From contig NC_090371.1 of assembly GCF_036365525.1 (NCBI RefSeq), forward strand, positions 120,294,388 through 120,358,387: 64,000 nt of DNA, read 5' to 3'. The notes below the pieces were generated by a model that saw nothing but the letters and a program-made list of their open reading frames with translations, was not told the origin of the DNA and searched no databases. The stretch comes from Heterodontus francisci (lineage: Eukaryota). How positions within the stretch are numbered: the stretch's first letter is position 1; every line of letters begins with the position of its first letter. Positions 26,031 to 39,151 of this stretch are shown here, in pieces. Made by a program: the position numbers and the translations under genes.

Positions 26031-26811
26031 CTGCTGGAAATTAAATTACTGTTCTGGTTAATAACACATGGTTAAATCACCACTGTGGACCACAATCACA
26101 ATCTTTAATGAATCCTTATTCAAATTACTTCAATTGTCACTTATAAACTCCACATTGAACATCTTTTTTTAATGAACAGGTTTGTTCCAAATCAAACAGA
26201 AGAAAGTTGTTTGCAGTTTTAGTGCTTTATAAAGCTGATATCCACCCAGTGCCAACATGTTTAGCAACTGAAAAGAAAAATAATTTGCTGCTCTTTAACT
26301 CAGAACAATGCACAGTAAAACCAGTGGTTTGAATGGAAATGGGGACACCCCAGGGATCATTGTCTCATAGTCCTTCTATGCTTAGGAGCCAGTGAGGTTA
26401 ATGTAATTTAACTATTGGGAGATGAGTTTGCTCCACTGCATGCCCCAGCAAAAGTCAGCAGTCGGATGTTTACACAGATTGAGCAGAATGCATTGGGTGA
26501 TCAGAAGCAAATGGAGCTAGCACAGGAGAAGCTGTAAACATCTGGCCCAAAAGTCAGTTTATCCATTCTGAGGTGTTGAAGATCTAGACCTCAGGGTCCC
26601 TATTTTTAAAAGAGTTATACTTTCTTAGCATCAAAGATTACTGCAGTCATTGGAGCAACTGCCTGTGCGCAGCAGATAGTGTGGAGGAGTGCACAGCCTG
26701 CATATATGATGTGCTGATGTGGAAAATAGAAATTATATTGTGCAACACATAGCATGGACATCTACAGTGGAGTCCGCCATCTGGAGGCCCTAAAGCCAAT
26801 TTTACCATCCT

Positions 26812-27520
26812 TGATAGGTTGATAGGTAAATTGGCTATTATAAATTGCCCCTAGTATAGGTAGGTGGTAGGGGAAAGTGGGGATGTGGTAGGAATATGGG
26901 ATTAGTGTAGGGTTAGTATAAATGGTATTTGAGGCGGCCAACATCCCCAGCTTATACACACTACTGAGTCAGCGGCGCTTGAGATGGCTTGGCCATGTGA
27001 GCCGCATGGAAGATGGCAGGATCCCCAAAGACACATTGTACAGCGAGCTCGCCACTGGTATCAGACCCATCGGCCGTCCATGTCTCCACTTTAAAGACGT
27101 CTGCAAACGCGACATGAAATCCTGAGACATTGATCACAAGTCGTGGGAGTCAGTTGCCAGCGTTCGCCAGAGCTGGCGGACAGCCATAAAGGCGGGGCTA
27201 AAGTGTGGCGAGTCGAAGAGACTTAGCAGTTGGCAGGAAAAAAGACAGAGGCGCAAGGGAAGAGCCAACTGTGTAACAGCCCCGACAATCAAATTTTTCT
27301 GCAGCACCTGTGGAAGAGCCTGTCACTCTAGAATTGGCCTTTATAGCCACTCCAGGCGCTGCTCCACACACCACTCACCACCTCCAGGCGCTTACGCATT
27401 GTCTCTCGAGATAAGGAGGCCCAAAAGAAAAGTATAAATGGGTGGTTGATGGTCGGCACAGACTCGGTGGGCCGAAGGGCCTGTTTCAGTGCTGTATCTC
27501 TAAATAAAAAATAATAAAAA
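26812..27520 (+). mobile_element. HE1-like SINE 3' part interrupted by an RTE 3' fragment (26931-27430)
   Basis: RTE piece nearly identical to 11900-12395; 11-bp TSD agtataaatgg at 26915-26925 and 27431-27441; CR1-type SINE tail ggccgaagggcctgtttc. Confidence 0.88.
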
Positions 27521-28027
27521 TAAAATTAAAAAAAATCCCTTGTGAATGCTGAAACTGCTGCCATGCATACTAGTTGATCACTAGTTAGATTGCAAGGTAG
27601 AAGGGGTTCCTTATGAGGAAAGGTTGAGAAGGTTGGGCATATATTCATTGGAGTTTAGAAGAATGAGAGGTGACCTTATTGCAACATAAGATTCTCAGGG
27701 GGCTTTACAGGGTAGATGCTGAAAGGATGTTACCCCTCGTGGGGAATTAGTATTAGGGGGCTGAAGTGAAATACTGAGATTAGGCAAATCTACATATTTT
27801 GGGTAAGTACCCATGCCATTTCAGTGCAACTGGGGCATTTTTCCCAACAGTGGAGCAGAGGACAGGAATTTCACTTTGGCATCTTGCCTCAGCAGGCTCA
27901 AGCAGGCCAAGTCAGGCAAAGCAAAAGGAAGAAGGGTTGAAAGGCCCAAAATTCAAAGATGGCACAAAGAAAACAACAATTTTAAAAGTTGCTGGGCCCC
28001 TGGATTTAGTCCTGGCACACACTCTAT

Positions 28028-28810
28028 GGGCTGAATTGTGTGTCGCCAGAGGGGCTCCTAGCAATGGGCCAAAAAGACAGGGGGAGCCCTGCCTCAGCCA
28101 TTTGGAGTCCCCTCCCCGGCATGATTGTATGGCATTTGGGCAATTAGCAACTCAGTGCCAGGATCCTCGTCACTCTAAAGACGGGGATCCCACCTCCAAG
28201 AACTGCCAACCAATCAGAGGATCGGCAGCTCAATAGTATTGGCAGACCACTGGGAGCGGTGGCCACTGCTTATACTGCAGAGGCCTTGGACCAAGGCCCA
28301 GCGATGGAGACCGAGACCTCAGGTAAGTGAGGCGGGGTTGCTGGGCCCAGTCCGGCAGGGCCCGGCGATGGGTAAGGGAGGATGGGCATTGAGTACAGGG
28401 GAGGGGCAGGTCCAAGGAGGTGTTGACTTAATTGCAGGCAGACGCCCTCTGTGGGGCACAAATTCCCCATGTGGGAGGGCACTCCCCACCCCTCAAGCCA
28501 GCAGGAATGTTGCCTTGTTTTACTGGGAGACCTCCCCGCATGGTGGACGACCCCCCCCCCCCCCCCCACCCCCTGCTGCTGGCTTAAAGCCAGTGGGGAG
28601 GGAGGGGGCAAGGCCCTTAATTGACTATTAATAGGCCTCTTAAGGACTTCAGTGGCCTCTGGACCGGAAGACCCTCTTCAGCCTGTCCTGCCCTCGACAA
28701 AATTGCGGTCAGATGGGAAGGCGACCGGCCCTCTGCCCCACCTCGCAATTCTGTGGGCTCCCCCACACCAGCCTCCTAGCCTGTCTCCAGGGGCCAGTAA
28801 AATTCAGCCC
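28028..28810. mobile_element. GC-rich MITE (Harbinger-like)
   Basis: Terminal inverted repeats gggctgaatt / aattcagccc; the same terminus recurs at about 44945. Confidence 0.65.
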
Positions 28811-30697
28811 TGTGTCTGCTTCATTCAGGCATACAGTGTGCTGGGGCTGACTGAGGTAGAACTGGAGAAATTAGAGTGACTGATGTCATCCTACCGATCT
28901 AATTTATTTCAGTGATTTCAGCATGAAACAAAGTGGACACAAGAAATTCCCACCCCCTCCTATCAAAATGTGCACTGAGGCAAAAACAAGGGAAGAACCA
29001 ATGTAACCAAGACTCATGTTAAATTCCTCCCCAGCCCTCCAGATGACTGTAACTTTACTTGGACAGATGCTACAAATTTCTAGCCCACAGTTCACAGTGA
29101 ACATTGAGTTATAGCAAAGAATGAGATAAAAGTGGTAAAAGGTCTAATCCTGAATTTGGTATCTCAAACATCTGTGTGCATCCCATCAGAAGTGTTGAAG
29201 TGTGCCCACTTGGGACCTCAAATGTTGATGCTGCCAAAATGTGCGGGGTTCATGGCAAAACAGGTGCCTGTGCGCATCTCTGTCATCCGTTATGTTAGTA
29301 AGGCCAGAAAGTCATGTCTAGGGGCTACAAATCTCCCTCCCCTTTCTGGAAAGATGAAACAAGCATCACCTCTGCTTCCTTTATGAGGTTGCTTCCAAAT
29401 GTGTTTTTCTTTAAATTGGCAGGATCTTGGCCTGGATCTGCAGTGGGCTGTATACTTGGTCCCTATGAGGCTGAAAAAGCAGAAACTCCCAACATAGTGA
29501 GTCCCATCCTTGGCCCTGCCCTGATCCCAGCCCCTTTGATGTTGATGACTTTGTTTAGGATGGGGGACGCTCCATCACCAATTGATCATCAGGGAAATTC
29601 CAGTTCAAAGTCAGGGCCCAAAGGGTCCCGCTTAATCTGCAGCCTTCCAACGGTCTCCTGCTGATTGTGCTGGGGGTGCATTGGAAAGGCTGTGGATTTT
29701 TGAAGCCCCTTGTCCATTAGTTCTGTTGAACATCCAAGAACAGACCAGAGGATCACCAGTATGAAAGTAAATGGTGATAATCATGGTTTCAGAATGACAA
29801 CATCCTACCTAACTAATTTCTGTGCTTTTTCAGAGTGTTAAAGTAACAAAAATGAAGTAAATTTGTCTATTTTTAGTTCAATGGATGTCTCTTTAAATCC
29901 AGCCATTGTACCTAAGATGGTTTAAAAGTGACTGCAGTTGAAATTCTTGCACCAAACTTAAATTAATATAATGGAGTAAATTTCCATCTTCACTGGCTGG
30001 CGAGTAATCTGGCAGAGAGGATCTCTCACCCATTCTGGAACCTGCCTGATCATTGTTCTATTGATTTTCTTATAATTATTTTCTTGGAATGAGGAGTGGT
30101 AGGAAATTGTTGGATCTCACTATGAAAACTGTTTATTCATGTATTACACAGAAAATCAACAAGTTTGTTAGTTTTCAATCATGACCTGTCACAAGAGAAT
30201 ACTTTTAAGTCTACCTTTGGTAAACACAGGAGGATGCATATGTAAGTTATGACACGTGCAAGATTACAGTAACCAATCAACACAAGGGTTGTATGTTACA
30301 ATCCCTAGGTTACACTAATATGTAACTAGACACTGGATTGTAGGGGAAATTAGAGAAAAATAATCATAGAATCATAAAGCACAGAAGGCGGCCATTCGCC
30401 CTTAATGCCTGTATGTGCCAGTTTTTTGTAAGAGTTATCTAATTAGTCCCCTGCTCCTTCCACCACTGTCCCACAAATCTTTCCTTTTCAACTATATATA
30501 CAATTGTCTTTTGAAAGTTACTATTGAATCTGCTTGAAAATGGAGTCTATTTATGGGAGTTAATGATGACAGAGCTTGAAAGATAACTAGTTCAAAATCT
30601 GAAAATTTGCATCAGAGGTGCATGAGTGGAATTGTAGGATATGATATTTAGTCATTTGGTAGTACAGAACCTGAGAATTGCTGAAAATAGAAACATG

Positions 30698-30733
30698 TTG
30701 TCGAAGCTTTTCATCTTGCACTCATCAGGACAA
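30698..30733 (-). ncRNA. Minimal type-I hammerhead ribozyme within a Penelope-like terminal repeat (about 30650-30880)
   Basis: Reverse complement reads ttgtc-CTGATGA-gtgcaagat-GAAA-agct-TC-gacaa. Confidence 0.8.
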
Positions 30734-30879
30734 TATGCAAGAATAACCAATGTAAGGGAAAACAACAACTTATACTGCATGAGAAGAGAGCGCTGATTGG
30801 TTGGCAAGTGAACTCTGATTGGTAGAGGCGTTGCCATGAAGAATGCGCCAGTTTACAGTGACTGGCAGTTACTTGCCAC

Positions 30880-31265
30880 TTATCAACCCAAGCCTGTATG
30901 TTGTCCTAGTCTTGCTGCATATGGACATGGGCTGATTCAGTAACTGGGGAGTTGCAAATGTTAATGAACATCGTGCAATCATCAGCGAACATCCCCACTT
31001 CGGACTGAGATGATTGAAGGATGGTTATTAATGAAGCAGCTGAAGATGATTGGGCCTAGGACACTACTCTGAGGAACTCCTGCAGTGATGTCCTGGGACT
31101 GAGATTATTGATCTCCAACAACCACAACCATCTTCCTTTGTGTTAGGTATGACTCCAACCAGTGGAGAGCTTTCCCCCTAATTCCCATTAACTCCAGTTT
31201 TGCGAGGGCTCCTTGATGCCATGCTCGGTCAAATGCTGCCTTGATGGGGCAGTCACTCTCACCTC
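30880..31265 (-). mobile_element. RT fragment of the 13606-type LINE
   Basis: Reverse complement matches about 15730-16120. Confidence 0.8.
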
Positions 31266-31849
31266 ATGTTGGTGCCTCGGAACTTTTCATTATATCAAAG
31301 GTTCATTATAAATACAAGTTGTTGTTGTTGCTGAAACCTCCCACACACAGAAATCTCTTCTAGAAAGCAGAGGCAATTTTAAATTGCTACAGTGCTTTGC
31401 AAATGGAAAAGAAAAATATAATATAAAAATGCTTATAAATTAAAACAGGATGGATGCTAGGTTTGTCAATGTAGGTAATTTTTCTCCCTCTCCCTTCTAC
31501 CAGGATTTTATGAAACATATGCACTGATTTTGTAACAATCCCCTCATGAACTAAATGCAAATGTCACCTTCACAGGTAATGCTGCTGTTACTTATGAATT
31601 AAAACTTCATTTTGCTTGTAACATATATCAATTATTTGTGCTAAAGGACAAGAAATAAATCTTTACACTACTGAGTTACACAGTGGAAATATTATGGGGT
31701 ACTATTGTGTACTCCTGATCTCTATAACAAATGGAGCAATAGGAAGAATCCAAAGCTCTAAGTTACACATCCTCTGCGTTGCTTGGTATCTATGGCTTGC
31801 TGTCTCAATGTGACAGAGGCAATTGCCCTGAGATAAGGCAATTACTCTG

Positions 31850-34800
31850 TTCTTCTTAGGCAGTCCCTCAGTCATCGAGCTTCAGTATGCAGATGATGCT
31901 TGCATATGCACTCACTCTGAAACTGAGCTCCAGATCATTGTCGACTCCTTCTCCAAAGCATATGAGAAAATGGGTCTTTCACTAAACACTCGACCATTTC
32001 CAACCAGCTCCCACAGCACAACACTCTCTCCCCGTCAATCAAGATCAATGGCGAGATCCTGGAAAGTGTTGACCATTTTCCATATCTTGGGAGCCTCATA
32101 GAGTCATAGAATTATACAGCACAGAAACAGGCCTTTTGGCACATCGTGTCTGTGCCAGCCATCAAGCACCTATCTATTCTAATCCCATTTTCCAGCACTT
32201 GGCCCATAGCCTTGTATGCTATGGCATTTCAAGTGCACATCTAAATACTTCTTAAATGTTGTGAGGGTTCCTGCCTCTACCACCCGTTCAGGCAGTGTGT
32301 TCCAGATTCCAACCAACCTCTGGGTGAAAAAATCTTTCCTCAAATCCCCTCTAAACCTCCTGCCCCTTACCTTAAATCTATGCCCCTTGGTTATTGATCC
32401 CTCCGCTAAGGGAAAATGTTTCTTCCTATCTATCCCATCAATGCCCCTCATAATTTTGTATACCTCAATCAGGTCCCCCCTCAGCCTTCTCTGCTTTAAG
32501 GAAAACAATCCTAGCCTATCCAATCTCTCTTCATAGCTGAAATGCTCCAGCCCAGGTAACATCCTGGTGAATCTCCTCTGCACCCTCTCCAGTGAAATCA
32601 CATCCTTCCTATAGTGTGGTGACCAGAACTGTACACAGCTAGGCTGTGGCCTAACTAGCGTGTTATACAGCTTTATCATAACCTACCTGCTCTTATATTC
32701 TATGCCTTGGCTAATAAAGGCAAGTATCCCATACGCCTTCCTAACCACTTTATCTACCTGTGCTGCTACCTTCAGTGATCTAGGGACAAGTACACCAAGA
32801 TCCCTCTGACCCTCTGTAATTCCTTGGGTCCCACCACCCACCATTGTTTATTCCCTTGCCTTGTTAGTCCTCCCAAAATGCATCACCTCACACTTCTCAG
32901 GATTAAATTCCATTTGCCACTACTCTGCCCATCTTACCAGCCCATCTAAAACGTCCTGTAATCTAAGGCTTTCCTCCTCACTATTTATGACACCACCAAT
33001 TTTCATGTCTTCTGCGAACTTATTGATCATACCTTCTATATTCATGCCTAAATCATTAATGTACACTATAAACAGCAAGGGTCCCAGCACCGATCAATAC
33101 AGTACACCACTGGTCACAGTCTTCCACTCGCAAAAAACAACCCTAGACCATCACCCTCTGCCTCCTGCCACTAAGCCAATTTTGGATCCAATTTGCCAAA
33201 TTGCCCTGGATCCCATGGGCTTTTGCCTTCTTAACCAATCTCCCATGCGGGACCTTAACAAAAGCCTTATTGAAGTCCATGTAGACTACATCAACTGCCT
33301 TACCCTCATCTATACATCTAGACACCTCCTCGAAAAATTCAGTCAAGTTAGTTAGACATGATCTCTCCCTGACAAAGCCATGCTGACTATCCCTGATTAA
33401 TCCCTACCTCTCCAAGTGGAGATTAATCCTGTTACTCAGAATTTTTTCCAATAGTTTCCCTATCACTGATGTTAGATTCACTGGCCTGTAATTACCTGGT
33501 TTATTCCTGCTACCCTTCTTGAATAATGGTCCCACATTCACTGTCCTCCAGTCCTCTGGTACCTCTCCTGTGGCCAGAGAGGATTTGAAAATTTGTGTCA
33601 GAGCCCCTGCTATCTCCTCCCTTGCCTCACATAACTGTCTGGGATACATCTCATCTGGGCCTGGGGATTTATCCAATTTTAAGCCCGCTAAAACAGCTAA
33701 TACTGCCTCCCTTTCAATGCTAATTTGTTCAAGTATATCACAATCCCCCTCCCTGATCTCTATACCCACATCGTCCTTCTCCATAGTGAACACAGATGAA
33801 AAGTAATCATTTAAAACCTCACCTATGTCCTCCAGCTCCACACACAGACTACCACTCTGGTCCCTAATGGGCACTACTCTTTCCCTGGTTATCCTCTTGC
33901 CCTTAATATACTTATAAAACGTCTTGGGATTTTCCTTTATCTTGCCCGCCAGTATTTTTTTCATGTCCCCTCTTCGCTCTCCTAATTACTTTCTTAAAAG
34001 CCCCCTACACTTTTAGGCACTTTGAATCAGCCATAAGCCTCCTTTTTTTTCCTTATCCAATCCTCTATATCCCTTGACATCCAGAGTTCCCTGGACTTGT
34101 TGGTCCTACCCTTCACCTTAATGGGTACATGTTGGCCCTGAACTCTCACTATTTCCTTTTTGAATGACTCACACTGGTCTGATGTAGACTTTCCTACAAG
34201 TAGCTGCTCCCAGTCCACTTTGGCCAGATCCTGTTTTATCATATTGAAATCAGCCTTCCCCCAATTCAGTACCTTTATTTCTGGTCCATCTTGTCCTTTT
34301 CCATAACTACCTTAAATCTTACAGAGTTATGGTCACTATCCCCGAAATGCACCCCCACTGACATCTCTACCACTTGTCCGGCTTCATTCCCTAGGATTAG
34401 GTCCAGTACTGCCCCTTCTCTTGTAGGACTTTCTACATACTGGCTCAAAAAGCTGTCCTGTATGCAGTTTAAGAATTCCGCCCCCTTTAAGCCTTTTGCA
34501 CTAAGACAATCCCAGGTGATATTGGGGAAGTTGAAAACCCCTACTATTATTACCCTATTATTTTTACACCTCTCTGAGATTTGCCTACATATCCTCTATC
34601 TTTCCCTGACTGTTTGAAGGCCTGTAGTACACTCCCAGCCAAGTGATTGCCCCCTTTCTGTTTTTAAGTTCTACCCGTATGGCCTCATTCTAAGATATCA
34701 TCCCTCCTTACTGCAGTATTTGACTCCTTGATCAACAGTGCAATGCCATATCCTCTTTTACACCTTCCCCTGTCATGCTTGAAGATTCTATACCCTGGAA

Positions 34801-35612
34801 TATTGAGCTGCCAGTCCTGCCCTTCCCTCAACCATATCCTCTCATTGAAGGCAGACACAGACGACAAGGTTTATCATCACCTTAAATGTGTCAGCTCAGC
34901 CTTCGGCCAACTGAGGAAAAGAGTATTTGAGGATCAGAATCTCAAACCTGAGACCAAGATCATGGTTTACCGGGCAGTAGTGATCCCTGCGCTCCTGTAC
35001 ACTTTGAAGACTTGCAGAATCTACAGCAGGCACCTCAATGCACTAGAGAAGTACCACCAGAAAGGCCGCCGCAAGATCCTCCAAATCCATTGGCAAGAAA
35101 GATGGTCCACAAGCAGCGTCCTTTCCCAGGTCAACCTGCCCAGCATCGGGGTGCTAATCATCCAAAACGAGCTCCACTGGTCAGGACATACCATCCACAT
35201 GCCTGTCACCAGACTCCCGAAGCAGCTGTTCTACTCAGAACTTGGTCATGGCAGGAGATTCTCCCAGGAGTACAGCATAAACACTTTAGAGATGTCCTCA
35301 AAGTATCCCTGAAAAGACCAAACATCCCCATCAACTCGTGGGAGTCCCTGGCTTGTAACTGTCCTAGATGGAAAAAGCTCATTTGGGAAGGCATCGTACA
35401 CTTCGAGGGACTTCATCGGGAACATGCAGAGGTGAAGTCGAGGCATCGGAGGGAGCGCACAAACCTCATCTACCTGGCCATTCAAACACCACCTGCCCTC
35501 ACCATGGCAGAATCTGTAGATCACGCATTGGACATAATAGCCACCTCAGAAGCTTTCGAACCAAAATGGAAGCAAGTCATCCTGAATCCCGAGGGACTGC
35601 CTAAGAAGAAGT
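31850..35612 (+). mobile_element. Older RTE LINE split by a CR1 insertion (RTE parts 31850-32097 and 34839-35612)
   Basis: LQYADD..FPYLGSL | LSLKADTDD..SAFGQLRKRVF reads continuously across the CR1. Confidence 0.85.
32098..34838 (-). mobile_element. CR1 LINE, 5'-truncated, same subfamily as 6125-10410
   Basis: ORF2 pieces 32179-32679, 33143-33346, 33404-33964 and 34027-34242. Confidence 0.93.
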
Positions 35613-36169
35613 GTAATTGCCTCATCTCAGTGCAATTGCCTCTGTCAATTTACACTACCTGAAGGTGGGGAGAGAAATCTCTCCAAACTTCACCCATTCC
35701 CTCTCTAACCTCAATTCCTCTTCCCTTCCAGCTGAGGCTTTCAGCTTGTTTCGCCCCTTTTCTTCCTATTTCCCTTTCCCTCCTCTCCCACTTATTGAGT
35801 TACATATTCACCTGCTCCACCCCACAGCTCGCCTTTCCCTCCAACTGCTCTTTCTTTCTAAAGTGATTCCAATTTCCCTGCACTATATTCTACCCTCTAA
35901 CCCTACTTGACCTGAACGCTCGATCCTGAATCCTCATGTACAACACCAATGTATATTTCTCAGGCACCGTATATCTGCAAGGGCTGGCGTGTATAATGGT
36001 AAATAGTAACACCATTATTCTTTAAGTTTTGTAAGTTTCCTTTATTAGTTGTGAGTTTTCAGGTGGTGGCACTGGGACAATCTAATGTGTTAGAAAGGAA
36101 TAATCAATAGACAGCTCAGACAGGGGGAAGGAGACAGACAAACAGACAGAGCCCACACACAAGCCAGGC

Positions 36170-36345
36170 TGTCCGGCTCTCGGATGTTATGAAACTTTGC
36201 CGCAGTTGTTTTGTAACGGTTGCACTCGGCCCGCCCCCCTTCCCGCTCTCATCCAATGGTCGCTGCGATCTGCGGTCACGTGCGAGTGGCGGCTGGTTTG
36301 TCTGCAGCCGGCGGCTGTGAGTGCGCATGCGCCTGCCAGTCGAAC
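36170..36345 (+). promoter_or_regulatory. CpG-island promoter of the LONRF gene
   Basis: GC box about 36230-36239, CCAAT 36253-36257, E-box CACGTG 36277-36282, NRF1-type TGCGCATGCGC 36322-36332; CpG-rich to about 36900. Confidence 0.75.
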
Positions 36346-36922
36346 ATGTCGGCTGATCCGGACGGAATGACTGACGGCGGCGCTGAAGCGGCGGGCAACA
36401 AACCTCGGGACAGCCCAGGGCTGCCGCTGATGGGCCGGCACCGCCTGTCCCCACAACCGGCGGCGGCGCTGGAGCAGTGCTGGCTGGTCGGGAGCTGCGG
36501 GGCTCTGCAGCCCGAGCAGCTGGGGAGCCTAGTACAGTGTCTCCTGCACCGCATCAATAGGCGAGGCGGCGGGCAGCCGGGGGAGGGCCCCGGCACCCGG
36601 CTGCCCGAGGCCGACAGCCCGCTCAGGGGAGGAGGCCTCCTGGACTGTGGCGGCTGCCGAGAGCTGCTGTCTGAGCCCGTCACCTTGCGGTGCGGTCACA
36701 CTTGGTGCCGGCGCTGCCTCCGGCGGAGTCCCCGATGCCCGGGTTGCGGGGAGGCGGCCGCCGGCACTCAGTCTCTGCGCTCCAATGTCGTCCTCAGCCA
36801 CCTGTTGCCCAAGTGGTTCCCGGCCGAGGCGCGACGTATTCGGAACAAAGTGAAACTGGAGGAGCTTCTGGCCGAGTGTCGCTTCCCGGAGGCGTTAACC
36901 CTGCTCGAGCAACTGGAATTGA
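36346..36922 (+). CDS. LONRF1: LONRF1-like coding exon 1 (RING finger 1, start of TPR)
   Basis: ATG at 36346; CGGCRELLSEPVTLRCGHTWCRRC..CPGC and SNVVLSHLLPKWFP; donor a|gtaagt, phase 1. Paralog identity (LONRF1 versus lonrf1-like) and the start codon are uncertain. Confidence 0.88.
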
Positions 36923-37484
36923 GTAAGTGTCGGGACGGGAGAGGAGGAGGAGGGGGGGGGGTGGGAGCTGCTTTTCTGTTTGAGATTCAGAGATTTCACT
37001 CCCTTCCCTGGGTTTGACGAGTTCTGTTGTGTAACGAAGCGCTACATACACAGGGTTGTATAAGACTGGGAGGGGCACGTGTCTGAGCAATGATTCAGCC
37101 TCTTTAGGGGATTGATTAGTGACGGGTTTTTTTTAAGTGTTTACATTTTGGTTTTATTCAGGTCTTAGATGGTTATACTGCAACCGTATCAGCTTTGTTA
37201 CCCATGAGCTTACAGTCCTCCCAGACTGCAACTGTCTTTGTTATGCAAGCACTTCTAGTTTTTTTGTGCGAAGTTTTATTCATAGTCGCTTTCAGAAGCT
37301 GTCGCTGCAGTTCTGTCTTCTACAGAGTCCTGTTTATTTGCCACGACGTTTCTTGCAGCCCTTTCATTTTACAAGATAGATGTGTGATTAAATAGGGCAG
37401 AGTGGATCTTGTAGCGGATAGGCATCAAATATAATTGTGTTAATTAAAGTATTAAATATGTAGTGTATGTTTTCAAAATCAGTA

Positions 37485-38450
37485 GACACGGAGCAGGAGT
37501 AGGTCCCTCGAACCTGCACCGCTGTTCGTTAAGATCATGGCTGATCTGATTGTAACCTCAACTCCACATTCCCACCTACCCACAATAACTTTTCACCCCC
37601 TTTGCTTATCAAGAATCTATTACCTCTGCATTAAAATTATTCAAAAACTCTGCTTCCACTGCCTTTTGAGGAAGAGAGTTCCAAAAACTCACGACCCTCA
37701 GAGAAAAAATTTCTCATCTGTTGTAAATGGACGACCCCTCATTTTAAACAGTGACCCCCTAGTTCCAGATTCTCCCACAAGAGGAAACAAACTTTCCACA
37801 CCCATCCCTCAGAATCTTATAGGTTTCAACAAACTCTTCTAAATTCCAGCCTAGCCTGTCCAACCTTTCCTCATAAGACAGCCCACCCATTCCAGGTATT
37901 AAGCCGAGTAAACCTTCTCTGAACTGCTTCCAATGCATTTACATCCTTCTTTAAATAAGGAGACCAGTATTGTACTCAGTACTTCAGATGTGGTCTCGCC
38001 AATGCCCTGTATAACTAAAACATAACCTCGCTACTTTTGTATTCAATTCCCCTCGCAATAAATGAAAACATTCTATTAGCTTTCCTAATTTCTTGCTGTA
38101 CCTGCATACTAATCTTTTGTGATTCATGCACTAGAACACCCAGATCTTCTGCAATCTCTCATTATTTAAATAATATGCTTATTTTTATTCTTCCTGCCAA
38201 AATGGACAATTTCACATTTTCCCACATTATACTCCATTTGCCAGATCTTTGCCCACTCACTTAACCTATCTATATCCCTTTTGTAGCCTCCTTATGTCCT
38301 CCTTACAACTTGCTTTCCTACCTATCTTTGTGTCGTCAGCAAATTTAGCAACCATACCTTCGGTCCCTTCATACAAGTCATTTATATAAATTGTAAAAAG
38401 TTGAGGCCCCAGCACAGATCCGTGTGGCACACCACTTGTTACATCTTGCA
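37485..38450 (-). mobile_element. CR1 3' fragment in intron 1
   Basis: ORF 38266-38478 with GVPHGSVLGP and KFADD. Confidence 0.85.
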
Positions 38451-39151
38451 GTAATAACCTGTTATAACTGTAGACCACCTAAACATACAAACTCACATAG
38501 CACTTAGATTTAAAAAATATTCAATAGACTGCAAATAATTTGAGCTGTTTAGGTCAATATTACCAAGCTTGATCCCATGCTGCCACAAGTACTGGGGCAA
38601 TACAAGTTTCTAAATGATAAGAAATTAAAGTGTCTTTTAGCTGTTGTAGTTATTATTGTTGGCTGCTCATTATACAGGAAGTGATTTGGCCTGGCAATTC
38701 CATTTACTCATCAGCCCTGACCTCACCCCTCCCTATCCCTGTAACCCACTAGCTAAATACTGGCATTTTCCTACTTATTGGAGACAATCAAAATGTCAGC
38801 TTGAGCTGATCTGAAGGAGCAAGCATATTGATCAATCACCAGATCCTAAAAAGTATATGGGGAGATCTAATTATTTAACTAAAAGTTAAAGGAAGCATGA
38901 AAATTAAAGAAAAAGCAAATAATTGCACAAAGATGTGTGGCAGGTCAGAAGATTGGACAGAATATTTTTTAAAAAAGCAGTGAAGAATGATTAAAAGATT
39001 AATATGGAGGGAAAAATTATAGTATGAGAGAAAGCTAGCTAGAAATATAAAAACATGAGTTTCTATAGATATTTTAAAAAGAAAAGTGTTAACGAAGTGA
39101 GCGTTGGTCCTATGTCAGTTCTGTCACTTTGTAACTGTTGTGACTGTACTA

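Noticed and set aside
27799-28879. Several 75-145 aa ORFs in GC-rich sequence
   Set aside because: They lie within or overlap a TIR-bounded MITE and show no domain similarity
36220-36345. In-frame upstream extension of the exon 1 ORF (ATG at 36256)
   Set aside because: It overlaps the CCAAT, E-box and NRF1 promoter motifs and has no LONRF similarity; probably upstream of or at the transcription start
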